Made by a program: the position numbers and the translations under genes. The notes beneath the pieces are model-generated. The model did not search any database. It worked only from the letters and a program-made list of their open reading frames with translations, and had not been told where the DNA came from. DNA of 64,000 nucleotides from a virus: positions 1 through 64,000 of IMG/VR virus record IMGVR_UViG_3300043409_002481; one strand, 5' to 3'. Shown here in pieces: positions 1 to 9,345 of the stretch (the stretch's first letter is position 1; the number at the start of each line of letters is the position of its first letter).

Positions 1-48
1 AGTACATCAAAAAATGTCGCGCCGCAGGTGACATTATCGAGCTAGAAG

Positions 49-552
49 GTGAAAACCTTAGATATGGGATTGGGTAGCATGAACACCGATCAACTCTTAA
101 CCCATACTCGAAACTTGCTTGCATCACACGGTAAACCTGATGCAAGCGGTTACACGGGCGATCGCCGCATTGTATGGATTGGAGAACAGCCAAGATTTAC
201 AACTGATGTAGCCACGATACCCGCGTATCAGGACGCATATATTAAGGCGATCGCTACTGAGTTAAATCCAAAGCATGAGTTCATCCTCGTTGCGGGTGGT
301 GACTCAATCATCAAACCTCACAGAGATGCGACATTTGCTCATCCTGATGCAGTCTCTATTAACTTAGGCGGTAATGCTTATTTTGAGAGTGAGGACGGCG
401 ATCGCTTATTACGTCATGGCGATGTGACTAAGTTTAACTGCAAGCGATTGCACTCTGTATCTAAGGCTGATAGCGATCGCATTGTGATTGTAATTTGGCA
501 ACGCAACCCAAAATGGGTAGAGAAAAAATTTAAGCAAGGTGTATTGTTTTGA
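49..552 (+). CDS. 2OG-Fe(II) dioxygenase, AlkB-like fold (start may be ATG 79)
   Basis: HxD (PHRD), SINLG strand, distal His (LHSV) and Arg (DRIVIVIW) in the usual order. Confidence 0.75.
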   Translation: MKTLDMGLGSMNTDQLLTHTRNLLASHGKPDASGYTGDRRIVWIGEQPRFTTDVATIPAYQDAYIKAIATELNPKHEFILVAGGDSIIKPHRDATFAHPDAVSINLGGNAYFESEDGDRLLRHGDVTKFNCKRLHSVSKADSDRIVIVIWQRNPKWVEKKFKQGVLF

Positions 553-717
553 GTCAGCAATTAATCAATTTACTAGAAGCAAGTATTTCTGTGTAAATCG
601 AAAATAAAAGATACATCTTGATCACTGCTTTAACCATGAAAGGCGCTTTTCAAGTGCAATGCGAGTCTTATATAAGTTTAGATAATGGATTTGAAGGTCT
701 TTTAAAACTAATTAACA

Positions 718-927
718 ATGCCTAAATCACGTACCGCAATCTATCGCGATTGCTATCTAAAACGCACAGCACACATAGAGCGGCGTATATGCCCTCTATG
801 TGGCAAACGAGTCTACTCTAAGCTACGAGATATATGTCAGGCTTGCTGGCTTAAGACTGATGACGGTAGGGAGTATATGAGATTGAAACAAATTGAAGGT
901 AGGAGTAAGAGAAATCATGAGCAATAA
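718..927 (+). CDS. Small Cys4 zinc-finger protein, paralog of 15811..16026
   Basis: CPLC...CQAC; shares MPKSR, YLKRTA and ACWLKTDDGxxYMRLKQ with the paralog. Confidence 0.75.
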   Translation: MPKSRTAIYRDCYLKRTAHIERRICPLCGKRVYSKLRDICQACWLKTDDGREYMRLKQIEGRSKRNHEQ

Positions 928-1126
928 CACTAACAAATCGACTGAAGTACATGAAGAGTTTTGGGACTTAGCCGATGAATGGGGTTTAAGCATTTTGACA
1001 ATAAGCCAAGTGACAAGCGCCCCGATCAAAGTATTACTGAGTTGGCGGGACAACGGAACTACTCCAAAATCCGCGCTAAACGATTTAAACAAGTTTTTAG
1101 ATAGAGCAGGTTCATACCATGAATAA
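917..1126 (+). CDS. Small HTH-like protein
   Basis: XRE-like pattern GLSILTISQVTSAPIKVLLSWRDNGTTP; AGGAG upstream of ATG 917. Confidence 0.5.
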   Translation: MSNNTNKSTEVHEEFWDLADEWGLSILTISQVTSAPIKVLLSWRDNGTTPKSALNDLNKFLDRAGSYHE

Positions 1127-1207
1127 CACTGAAGACTACAAGCGCGATTTACAGGCTTTTATGTCTAAGTATTATCCAAATATGCAGCCCATTTATCCAG
1201 AGTTCGT

Positions 1208-1840
1208 ATGCTAAAGATTCAATACCCCATCGATGCAGTACCAGAAAACTCCGCAAACGGGCGCGGATTGTGGAAGCTACATCAAGCAGAAAAAAAACAG
1301 CAAAGGGAATCAGGAAAAGCTAAAACCTTTTTTGATTGGGACAAAAAATCACAGCTTAGGATCAGTTTACATAAGTTTGCGGCTCGTAATGTACCCATGG
1401 ACAGCGATGGATTAGCTAATGCTTTTAAGCCTATTCGTGATGGCATTGTTGATGGGTTAAACGAGTACTTTAATCAAAGCCCAAAATTTAAAGATGGTAA
1501 CGAGAGCTTATTCTTTTTTCAGTATTCGCAAAGCAAGGCTACTGAACCAGTATTTGCAGATACGATCATAGTGACGATTGATTTAATGTCTGATGATTCG
1601 CCTTACAAAGGTGACACAGCGATCGTGAAGCGATGGGGATACAATCCTGTACTCTTCGACAAAGCCTCACTCATCGCCACATTAGGCGAAATACGCGCCG
1701 CTAGGATTAATGAGATAGTTGCAGAGCTTAAGTGGTCAAAATCTGGGACTAAGAAAGTAGATAAGCTTAAATTAGAGTTAGCTAAAACTCAGAAAGCGAT
1801 CGCGCATTGTGTGGCTGAAACCGTGTTTGGAGTTAAGTAA
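1208..1840 (+). CDS. RusA-like Holliday junction resolvase
   Basis: MDSDGLANAFKPIRDGIVDGL resembles the RusA DxDN..K...D motif. Confidence 0.55.
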   Translation: MLKIQYPIDAVPENSANGRGLWKLHQAEKKQQRESGKAKTFFDWDKKSQLRISLHKFAARNVPMDSDGLANAFKPIRDGIVDGLNEYFNQSPKFKDGNESLFFFQYSQSKATEPVFADTIIVTIDLMSDDSPYKGDTAIVKRWGYNPVLFDKASLIATLGEIRAARINEIVAELKWSKSGTKKVDKLKLELAKTQKAIAHCVAETVFGVK

Positions 1841-1842
1841 TA

Positions 1843-1913
1843 TCCAAGAGGTAGGAATCGAACCTACATAGTCCCTTCCCATGAAGGTCGCGTAGCCATT
1901 TCGCTACTCTCGG
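1843..1913 (-). tRNA. Atypical tRNA, probably Pro(TGG)
   Basis: Acceptor CCGAGAG/CTCTTGG with A73; T-arm GTAGG-TTCGATT-CCTAC; anticodon loop CATGGGA (A rather than U at 33); C1:G72 and A73 fit Pro. Confidence 0.7.
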
Positions 1914-1927
1914 TTAAGGCGATCGCG

Positions 1928-2037
1928 TTTAAATAGTAGGATTTGAACCTACGAGCATGGAAGTATTGAGTCTCTAGCCTCACTTTCACACCTAAACTAG
2001 TTTAGCATTTGCCCTGAATCTCTCTGCCATACCTAAA
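1928..2037 (-). ncRNA. Elongated tRNA-like element (about 110 nt)
   Basis: Acceptor-like TTAGGTA/TATTTAA, TGGCAGAG D-arm start, T-arm GTAGG-TTCAAAT-CCTAC, non-canonical expanded middle. Confidence 0.5.
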
Positions 2038-2085
2038 GGCGATCGCATCTACAATATTAGCATTAATCTTTATCAACTCCCCATC

Positions 2086-2598
2086 GTGAAAACGTCGTTA
2101 CAACTCCGCACCGCAATACTAGAGGCAATACCTGAACTCATTGGTATTCGCTATTTTGGGTCAATAGTTCAACCCAGTATCTTGATGCTCCCAGATCCTG
2201 ATCTAGAAGATGGGGGATTAACTCTACCAGCAATCATTGATGGGAACGTGGTCAAATATCAGGGCGTAGAAGTAGTTGTATATCGACACAGAGTACTTGA
2301 CACATTTGCGCCTATGCTGAACTCAGAGGTGGATTTTAGAGCTAAGTCATGGATACTACTTAAGGATCATGGCAATCTTGATAACTTTAGCCTTACCCAA
2401 ATAAACGCATATAGAGATGCAGCAGGGCTTGATCCGATTGCTGAACAGAATCTAAGCGAGGGTTTATCACTAGCGGCGGCGAAAGTTGCTAAGCTTATGG
2501 ATTTATACAAGCAGCTAGCACCGCCATCGACAAAGCCAGATCAAGCGCCGCTACTGGATAGCATTATTTTTGAGTTTGATTATGCGGGTTGGATGTAG
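2086..2598 (+). CDS. Putative tail completion/terminator protein
   Basis: Size and position among neck/tail genes only; no diagnostic motif. Confidence 0.35.
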   Translation: MKTSLQLRTAILEAIPELIGIRYFGSIVQPSILMLPDPDLEDGGLTLPAIIDGNVVKYQGVEVVVYRHRVLDTFAPMLNSEVDFRAKSWILLKDHGNLDNFSLTQINAYRDAAGLDPIAEQNLSEGLSLAAAKVAKLMDLYKQLAPPSTKPDQAPLLDSIIFEFDYAGWM

Positions 2599-2668
2599 TT
2601 TGTAACGAAATGTAAATAGTTTGATTATGCGGGTTGGATGTAGTTTGTAACGAAATGTAAATAGTTTG
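2573..2668 (+). repeat. 45-bp perfect tandem duplication (2573-2617, 2618-2662, partial third copy)
   Basis: AGTTTGATTATGCGGGTTGGATGTAGTTTGTAACGAAATGTAAAT x2. Confidence 0.95.
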
Positions 2669-2677
2669 CTTACCCTG

Positions 2678-2707
2678 TTGACATCTTTTGTTTAGTGATG
2701 ATATCTT
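2678..2707 (+). promoter_or_regulatory. Sigma70-type promoter of an accessory cassette
   Basis: TTGACA-18 nt-TATCTT; near-identical copy at 3889. Confidence 0.7.
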
Positions 2708-2742
2708 TAGTACATCAAGAAAACACAAAGGAGCAAACGACC

Positions 2743-3042
2743 ATGACTGTTATCCAATTCGATCTATTTGGCGAAGACGAAGAAACTACTGAACTCAGCA
2801 CTATCTTGATCGAAACCGCAGAACAATTAGAAGCTTTCTGGACTAGTGTTTGTGGCAAGTCTGAAGAGCAAATCGCTTATGACAATGCCAAACAAGCTTG
2901 GGATGATTACTACCCTATCTGGACTAAAGCCCAAAACGACTACTATCAAAAAGACGCGATTTCTAAAGCTGAGTTTTTGGCAGCAAAAGCCATTTTTACG
3001 GAATTGGACAAAGCGTATAACGATGCTTGCAACGCTTTTTAA
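2743..3042 (+). CDS. Hypothetical accessory protein
   Basis: AAGGAG RBS before ATG 2743; first gene after promoter. Confidence 0.7.
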   Translation: MTVIQFDLFGEDEETTELSTILIETAEQLEAFWTSVCGKSEEQIAYDNAKQAWDDYYPIWTKAQNDYYQKDAISKAEFLAAKAIFTELDKAYNDACNAF

Positions 3043-3046
3043 TATT

Positions 3047-3341
3047 ACACATCAGGGGCTTAACCGCCCCCCTGTCAATCAACCAATCAACTAACAAAGA
3101 CTAACGACCATGTTTACTCAAACTATTACACCAGAATTGATTCAATCTCTCTCTTACTATAGCATCTGCAAACTTAGCGATTGTTTGATGATTGCTAACC
3201 CCCGTCAAGTTAATTTACGTGGAACGATAACTCTTGATGAGTTTGGAAATTACATAGATTCTGATGCTGAATACTATGCCTCTTTTATTGGGCAATGGGT
3301 TAAATAACCCCACTCGCACACATCAGGGGCTTAACCGCCCC
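3047..3341 (+). repeat. 24-bp intergenic direct repeat with hairpin (3047-3070, 3318-3341)
   Basis: ACACATCAGGGGCTTAACCGCCCC twice, flanking ORF 3110..3307. Confidence 0.9.
3110..3307 (+). CDS. Hypothetical accessory protein
   Basis: ORF between the two hairpin repeats. Confidence 0.6.
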   Translation: MFTQTITPELIQSLSYYSICKLSDCLMIANPRQVNLRGTITLDEFGNYIDSDAEYYASFIGQWVK

Positions 3342-3370
3342 TCTCTCAACCAACCAACTAAGGTAACGAC

Positions 3371-3598
3371 ATGCAAGCACTATTTATGATCCAAGCGTTC
3401 CTACAACGCTATGCCGAATTACATCCTGACAATATTGATGGCAAGATCGGCGAAGAGTATATTTTCTATTTGTGGACTAACGACATTCTCTCAGTACGCA
3501 TGGCTGATGAGGGTTACGAGTACTCATGGCAGTCAGACGGCATTTGGTACGCATTGGAAAGTGTAAGTAAGTTAAAGGAGTTGCTAAGCCATGCCTAA
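3371..3598 (+). CDS. Hypothetical accessory protein
   Basis: AAGGT RBS; coupled to next gene. Confidence 0.6.
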   Translation: MQALFMIQAFLQRYAELHPDNIDGKIGEEYIFYLWTNDILSVRMADEGYEYSWQSDGIWYALESVSKLKELLSHA

Positions 3599-3839
3599 CC
3601 CTGAATGCCCCTACTGCCATAAACCGATGTGCTTCAACTGCACAAAACCATCAGGCGCAAAACAATATCGCTGTAGGCGTGGTTGTCTTACCACTGAAGG
3701 GAAAACCGTAACCGTGACTGACAGCGATCGCAAACGTGGAGGTCAAACGATAGGTACAGAGCCTATGACTCAGCGCGAATATGACTTACGCTATCGCTTG
3801 GCACATCCTAAGAAGTATAAGGAGGTGCATAAGTATTAG
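3591..3839 (+). CDS. InsA-like zinc-ribbon DNA-binding protein
   Basis: CPYC...SGAKQYRCRRGC followed by basic RKRGG. Confidence 0.6.
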   Translation: MPNPECPYCHKPMCFNCTKPSGAKQYRCRRGCLTTEGKTVTVTDSDRKRGGQTIGTEPMTQREYDLRYRLAHPKKYKEVHKY

Positions 3840-3888
3840 CCAAAATCAAAGGATAAGTAGCTAATTGTAAACAAATATTACAAATAGC

Positions 3889-3918
3889 TTGCCATCTTTT
3901 ATTTAGTGATGATATATT
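3889..3918 (+). promoter_or_regulatory. Sigma70-type promoter, sister of 2678
   Basis: TTGCCA-18 nt-TATATT; 25/27 identical to 2678-2704. Confidence 0.7.
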
Positions 3919-4432
3919 GATTACACCAACAAAACAACAAAGGAGAAAGCAATTGACTACTCACCCTCAATCACCATTGATTACACCCCGCACAGGTAAG
4001 CATATATCCCCAGAGGTTAAAACAGAGATTATTGGCTTTGTTGCAACTCAAGGCAATATCGATCTTCCAATGATCGCCCAACATTTACTAGATATAGAAA
4101 TCGGTTCCACGCTCAACAGTAACGAAGATTTAGCTCTTGAGGCGCTTTACCAACTCGGTCTAATGACCCGCTTTACTGACAACGAAAAAGCGATCCTCAA
4201 AGGTGCTAGAGACAATGCATATGCCGATGCTTTTGATGGTGAGCTACCTTGGGTATTCGCTGTTATTAATGAGTCTGGCTTAGATCCGAAATCTGCTAGA
4301 GAGGTGATTGCTAGTTTGGTCAAGAAGGGGATTGTCGCTATTGAAGATTATAAGGGCAAAGGTCACGCTGATGACATGATTTTAGTAGTGACGGATCACG
4401 GATTGGCAGTTGCTAAGCATACAAAATTTTAA
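3917..4432 (+). CDS. Hypothetical protein with winged-helix-like C-terminus (true start probably downstream)
   Basis: SGLDPKSAREVIASLVKKGIV pattern. Confidence 0.5.
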   Translation: MITPTKQQRRKQLTTHPQSPLITPRTGKHISPEVKTEIIGFVATQGNIDLPMIAQHLLDIEIGSTLNSNEDLALEALYQLGLMTRFTDNEKAILKGARDNAYADAFDGELPWVFAVINESGLDPKSAREVIASLVKKGIVAIEDYKGKGHADDMILVVTDHGLAVAKHTKF

Positions 4433-4782
4433 CCACCACCCGCGCAAACGAGGGAGTAGCGCCCCTCTCAAAACTAACAAGGTAACAACAACGCAAACAC
4501 AAATTAACTGCCATTTCGCACACGCATGGGACAGCGAAACTCACCCCGATCTAGCTGACAGGAAAGCAGCGATCGCACTAGCTAAAAGCTTAGCTCCCAA
4601 TGTCAAGAGCTTTGAGTATAACGGTAGCCAATCAAATGGCTTTGAGTTCTACTTTACAGAGATTGTGACTGTGACAGTGGACTTTGAAGATGGCGACTGT
4701 CTCGCAGACTTTGATGAGGTGCAGAATGCACAGCCACTTATCGCAGGTGGAGAAATGACAACGGCTCGTAGGGCGAAAAACA

Positions 4783-5115
4783 ATGCTTAACACAAAACAA
4801 ATACGTTCGTATGTCAAGCCAATCGGGAAATACATTCATAGAGGTGCTTTATTCCAATTATGTTTGGATTTGAATAGTGTTTGGGGCTTAGCCAGTTATT
4901 CAAACAAGCAAATTAGAACAGAATTAAAATTTCTATGCAAAAACTGGAAAGCCATCCTTAAATACAATAGATTGGATGAAGACAATGTTTTGTATCAAGG
5001 TAAATGGCGAAAAGTGATTAGGCATTTTATTGGTTACTTTGGCAAAGAATTACCAATTACAGAAGAACAATTTAATATTTTTCTAGACAAGCATCCAACG
5101 AGATTTGCAAAATAA
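4783..5115 (+). CDS. Hypothetical protein
   Basis: ORF track; ends just before terminator. Confidence 0.55.
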   Translation: MLNTKQIRSYVKPIGKYIHRGALFQLCLDLNSVWGLASYSNKQIRTELKFLCKNWKAILKYNRLDEDNVLYQGKWRKVIRHFIGYFGKELPITEEQFNIFLDKHPTRFAK

Positions 5116-5121
5116 CCAAAC

Positions 5122-5156
5122 AAAAAAGCGCTTACCATAGAGTTAGCGCTTTTTTT
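5122..5156. terminator. Intrinsic terminator
   Basis: AAAAAAGCGCT...AGCGCTTTTTTT. Confidence 0.8.
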
Positions 5157-5316
5157 GTTGCCATCATGCTTAAATTCACCAACGCAAAACCAGTACACAA
5201 AATTGAGGTGATTAAATCTCATGATCAATTTTTAGTACAAATAACTTTAAAGCCGCCTACTCTATTCGCTGCTGTGTCAGGACTAGGGATAAAAGCTCTG
5301 GGATGGAAAACCTATA

Positions 5317-5733
5317 ATGCTTAAATTTACCCTACCTACCACCCCGATCGCCGCTAAGCTCCTATCCAAGTTGCAAAACATAGAGCCTGTAATTAAATCT
5401 GTCAGCGCCGATCATGTGATTGCTCTGCAAGATAATATTATTCGTGAGGGAGGCGATCCTGATACGGGCGCGGCGTGGAAAACGCTCTCATCTAAGTATG
5501 TTGCCCATAAGAAGATGATCGGGGCGTTTATAACCATCCTCAGAAATACCGATAAAATGCGTAAAGGGATAACGGTAATCAGTAACGATGGTAAGAGCTA
5601 TCGGATCAGCGTTGTGGGAGATGCAAAAAAGTACTTTGCGTATGCTAATGAGGCTAGGCGGTTTTTGGGTATGAGTCCAGAGACTAAGGATCGGGCTAAA
5701 ATGGCATTGAGTAAACATTTGAAGGGTAAGTAG
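5317..5733 (+). CDS. Virion morphogenesis/neck protein (Mu gpG / P2 gpS-like)
   Basis: DPDTGAAWKTLS...ILRNTDKMRKGI...ARRFLGMS pattern. Confidence 0.7.
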   Translation: MLKFTLPTTPIAAKLLSKLQNIEPVIKSVSADHVIALQDNIIREGGDPDTGAAWKTLSSKYVAHKKMIGAFITILRNTDKMRKGITVISNDGKSYRISVVGDAKKYFAYANEARRFLGMSPETKDRAKMALSKHLKGK

Positions 5734-5739
5734 AAAACA

Positions 5740-6093
5740 ATGAAATTACTGAATAGAGAAGAATTTTTAAAGCTGCCAGAAGGTACACTTTACTCTGAAT
5801 ATGATCCTTACGTTTTTGGTGATATTCGAGTTAAAGGAGTATCTGGAGAGGGTAATAATGTTTATGCTTTAGATTTAATCGGTCTTTCTTCTGTCGGATT
5901 TAATGATTTCAATGAAGCCGCCAATGCTTTTGGGGAAACTAAACAAGGTGACTTGGATTTTGACTGCTATTGCAGAGATAATATTTTAGAGGATCAATTG
6001 TTTGCGGTCTTCGAGGCTAAAGAGTTAAGCGAGATTACAAAGATTTTGCAAACCGCTATGAGATTAGCAATCAACAGCGAGAAGGTGTTATGA
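5740..6093 (+). CDS. Hypothetical phage protein
   Basis: ORF track, operon context. Confidence 0.6.
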   Translation: MKLLNREEFLKLPEGTLYSEYDPYVFGDIRVKGVSGEGNNVYALDLIGLSSVGFNDFNEAANAFGETKQGDLDFDCYCRDNILEDQLFAVFEAKELSEITKILQTAMRLAINSEKVL

Positions 6094-6280
6094 AAATAAC
6101 AGTTAGAGCCTACAGCAAAGACGATTACTACAAAGACATATTAGAGATGAGCGATCGCCAAGTTTGGATGAGTGATGTGCGGGTGACTAACAACCCATCC
6201 ACTGGCATTGGTGGAATTATATCGCCTCAAGATTTCCCAGAGATGGTTAAGTTTGAAGTTTTTGTGGAACAGGATTAATT

Positions 6281-6691
6281 ATGCAACTCCCTAACCTCAT
6301 CCCCCCATTTGCGCCCAAAAATAGCGATGGCAGTTACAAATATAACTGCAAGTTTTGGGTACGAAATAGCGTAAGCACTGGCACTACTAACGCGCTAGGC
6401 AATCCTGTATTAGATAGCGATACGAGAGCGGTACAGGGCTGGGCGGTACGTGAGACTAATCCTCAACTACTTGAGACGATCGGCGCTAGTGTAGAAGAAA
6501 CACCAATCAAAATTTGGATTCAAGATCCTAAATGCTTACCCGCAAACTTTGCATCGTTCAACAATGTGCGATGTGAGTTAGATTTAGGCGTGTTGCGTGT
6601 TGGTTTATTGCGTCCTGTACCTATGGCTCATCCGTTTGTGCCTAGTAACTTTCAGTTTGTTATTGGAGCTTTCAAAGGAGTTAACTCATGA
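6281..6691 (+). CDS. Putative head-closure/adaptor protein
   Basis: TTNALGNPV hairpin motif typical of head-tail joining proteins; position. Confidence 0.4.
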   Translation: MQLPNLIPPFAPKNSDGSYKYNCKFWVRNSVSTGTTNALGNPVLDSDTRAVQGWAVRETNPQLLETIGASVEETPIKIWIQDPKCLPANFASFNNVRCELDLGVLRVGLLRPVPMAHPFVPSNFQFVIGAFKGVNS

Positions 6692-7786
6692 ATATTACAG
6701 TAATAGAACAAAGCTATAAAAACTCTCGATTGCTAAAAGTGGCAGTGCGAACAGATAAACCCGTAGTATTGCCGATGGGCACATCGTTAATATTTAAACA
6801 ATATCCCTTGGCGAAGAAATCGCTTAAATATTTTGAGCAAAAGATCGAGGCGGCAACTAATTTATTTCTATCAGAGTCAGTCGGAATAGTTGTTACACTG
6901 ACTGAATCAATCACTTTAGATAGTGGTAATCTTTTTTTGCCTATAGCCCCTAATCACCCAGAAATACCTTGTGAGTATATCTGCTCAAATAGTTTAGATT
7001 TACTTGATATGGATATTTCGTTTGAGCAAGCTATGCAATGCTCACAGATGGCTGGTTTACTTAGATCGTAAAATCATGAAAAAATATCTACTACTCCCCT
7101 TCCTGTTTTTTGCCATCCCATCCCCCGCGATCGCAAACGAGCCGATTAACTATCCAGCCAACTTTATCGAATGGCGCGGCGTGGTCTACAACCTCGATCA
7201 TTTAGCTGGTACAGGTGTGCAAGTGATCGTCACAGTACAAGAGCAAAAGCCTGTTGAGAAAAGTGCGAAGCCCTTTGACGCGAATATGGAACGGGTAAAA
7301 TTCGAGAATGCTCGGAATCTGCTTTTGATTGAACAACTCGGGAATACAAGATAAAAATATGGCTGTGACATTACAATCAACATCTTTCGATAGTAACGGA
7401 AAACCAAAACACTTAATGAGTAAAGATGGCTCTTTAAGTGTTGATGGGATTAGTTGCACTGTTTCTGAGTTTGAAATTAGGGCATCTACGCAATCAATCA
7501 CCGCTTACAAGGCGGTAATTAAAGCGGATGAACGACAAGAAAATATTACTCTGTGCGCTTACATCAAAAATGATTTACAACGTTTACAGAGTGTTTTTAT
7601 TGCAGGATCTAACCCGTTTACAATTACTTCGGGTGATTATATTTTCAGGTGTTTGAGAGCAGTTTTAAGTTGCGGAGAAAAATGTTTTGAGATTGAAATT
7701 GAAGGAGCGTTTTTTATCAATCTCAATAGTGATATAATGCGTGAGTGAATGCGTCTTGTGTTTACCCTTTGTTAGTTTGTTGACTT

Positions 7787-7833
7787 AGCAGTTTGTCGTC
7801 CTGTGTTTCAGATGGACGACAAACTGCTTTTTT
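7787..7833. terminator. Long hairpin terminator between convergent genes
   Basis: AGCAGTTTGTCGTCC...GGACGACAAACTGCT followed by T tract. Confidence 0.8.
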
Positions 7834-8040
7834 ATTGATTAAATTTGTGGCGATACTTTACCAGCATCAACACAGTTGTAATTAACTTTAAATGACCAAA
7901 TATCAAGTTTGATATTTGCGATCGCCATTTCGCAATAAGTTTGATTTTCCATAGGAATAACAGCGATCGCTCTTGCATCATAGCTATAGGTTTGAATTAC
8001 TAAAAACCAAATAGTCAAAATACTGCAAATTAATTTCATC

Positions 8041-8268
8041 TCAACCTCTCCTTAAATTTAAATAATCTCGATTACTGCCATGATTTGGGCGCGGCTCTTG
8101 CTGTGATTTCGCTAGAGTAGCGCGAATAGTCTCATCTATAGCCCAATAGATCGGTGTTGTGTTTTGTCCATCTTTTTCATGATCTGGCATAAGTTCAAGT
8201 AACTTTTCAAGCTTTGCAGAGCCAATCCTGATTTTAATTACTATCACGCTAGGCTCTAAGCTTGCCAT
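8041..8268 (-). CDS. Small putative RHH-type regulator
   Basis: Beta strand VIKIRI then two helices; tandem GTCCCTATTGA repeats just upstream. Confidence 0.4.
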   Translation of the reverse strand: MASLEPSVIVIKIRIGSAKLEKLLELMPDHEKDGQNTTPIYWAIDETIRATLAKSQQEPRPNHGSNRDYLNLRRG

Positions 8269-8360
8269 AGTCCCTATTGAGTCCCTATTGAGTGCCTAAT
8301 CTAAATTATAGCTATTTATTGATGCAATCCTAGAGGGTAAAGTATCTAGGATTAAAAGTC

Positions 8361-9140
8361 ATGGCTGAGAAGCTAACAACATTTGAGACGGGCAACGGTG
8401 CAAAGGTTGAAATCGTGCCTCTAGGATTAGGCGATACAGCCTATCCTGAACGCATCACAATTACAGCTACCGATCCGTCAATCAAGAACGCTGCTACTGT
8501 CGTTTGTTCGGCTAGCTGTGCAGTATCTGGTCAAACCCTTAAATTACCATCTGGAACTGCTTTACCATTTACCGACCCCGTAACTGGTGCGATCGTAATG
8601 GTGACACTGGATGCAGCCGTAAGCGTTGCGCTTTCAACTGGTAGCGGACCATATACTGGCACTTTTACCGCTAACGTTGTACAAAATCACCTAGCAGTGG
8701 CTGACAACAGCACTTCCAGTAACTTTATCCCTCTCGGAGCGCGTTCAACTGCTACAGCGACAATCACTCTAAGCGATGAACAATTGCGAACCTTTGACTC
8801 AACTCTGTTCGACCAAGGTCAAGTAGTTGGTGCGGCTGGTGAGTTTAGCTGTGATGGTGTATTTAGCTCTATCGATGCTGGACTAAATACTGTTGCGAAC
8901 CTAACTAAGGGCGCGACTGATATTGACGGTACAACCGTAATTTCTACCCCTGGGAATTACATGTGGGTAGTTGTTACTACCCCACCCCCTGCGGCTGGTT
9001 ACACATCGGGCTTGGTTATTCGTGCAATTTGCTACTGTACCGATTTAACGATTGACGTACAAGCTGGGGCGATTTCTAAACAGGCGCTACCTTTCAAGGC
9101 TAACGGTACTGTCTACACAGACGCGGCAATCGTAACTTAA
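8361..9140 (+). CDS. Major tail (tube) protein
   Basis: Thr/Ala-rich 259 aa ending FKANGTV; upstream of chaperones and tape measure. Confidence 0.75.
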   Translation: MAEKLTTFETGNGAKVEIVPLGLGDTAYPERITITATDPSIKNAATVVCSASCAVSGQTLKLPSGTALPFTDPVTGAIVMVTLDAAVSVALSTGSGPYTGTFTANVVQNHLAVADNSTSSNFIPLGARSTATATITLSDEQLRTFDSTLFDQGQVVGAAGEFSCDGVFSSIDAGLNTVANLTKGATDIDGTTVISTPGNYMWVVVTTPPPAAGYTSGLVIRAICYCTDLTIDVQAGAISKQALPFKANGTVYTDAAIVT

Positions 9141-9345
9141 TGCATGAATATCTGATCTCTCCTAAAGTCTACGCAATAGGCTGCAAGCTAGACGGTAAGC
9201 AGCTTATTGCCGAAATGCTTTATTTGAAGGAAGAGTTTCTGCAAGACACGAAAGTGGATTTATACAGTGGCGATCGCGTTTTGGTTGCCACTGTATTAAT
9301 CCCTAAAACAGATATCAATACCCATACAAATATCACTTTGCAAAT

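Noticed and set aside
1843-1913. tRNA as an attachment site marking a prophage end
   Set aside because: Phage genes continue on both sides, no integrase nearby and no duplicated tRNA 3' end found
1928-2037. Suppressor tRNA or genetic code change
   Set aside because: A CTA/TAG lies in a hairpin loop but the arm geometry is not canonical, and core genes read through normally in the standard code
2573-3341. Repeats as a CRISPR or mini-array
   Set aside because: The 45-bp copies have no spacer and the 24-bp copies are separated by a whole gene; no cas genes seen
3591-3839. IS1 element suggested by InsA-like zinc ribbons (also 28638)
   Set aside because: No DDE transposase or terminal inverted repeats
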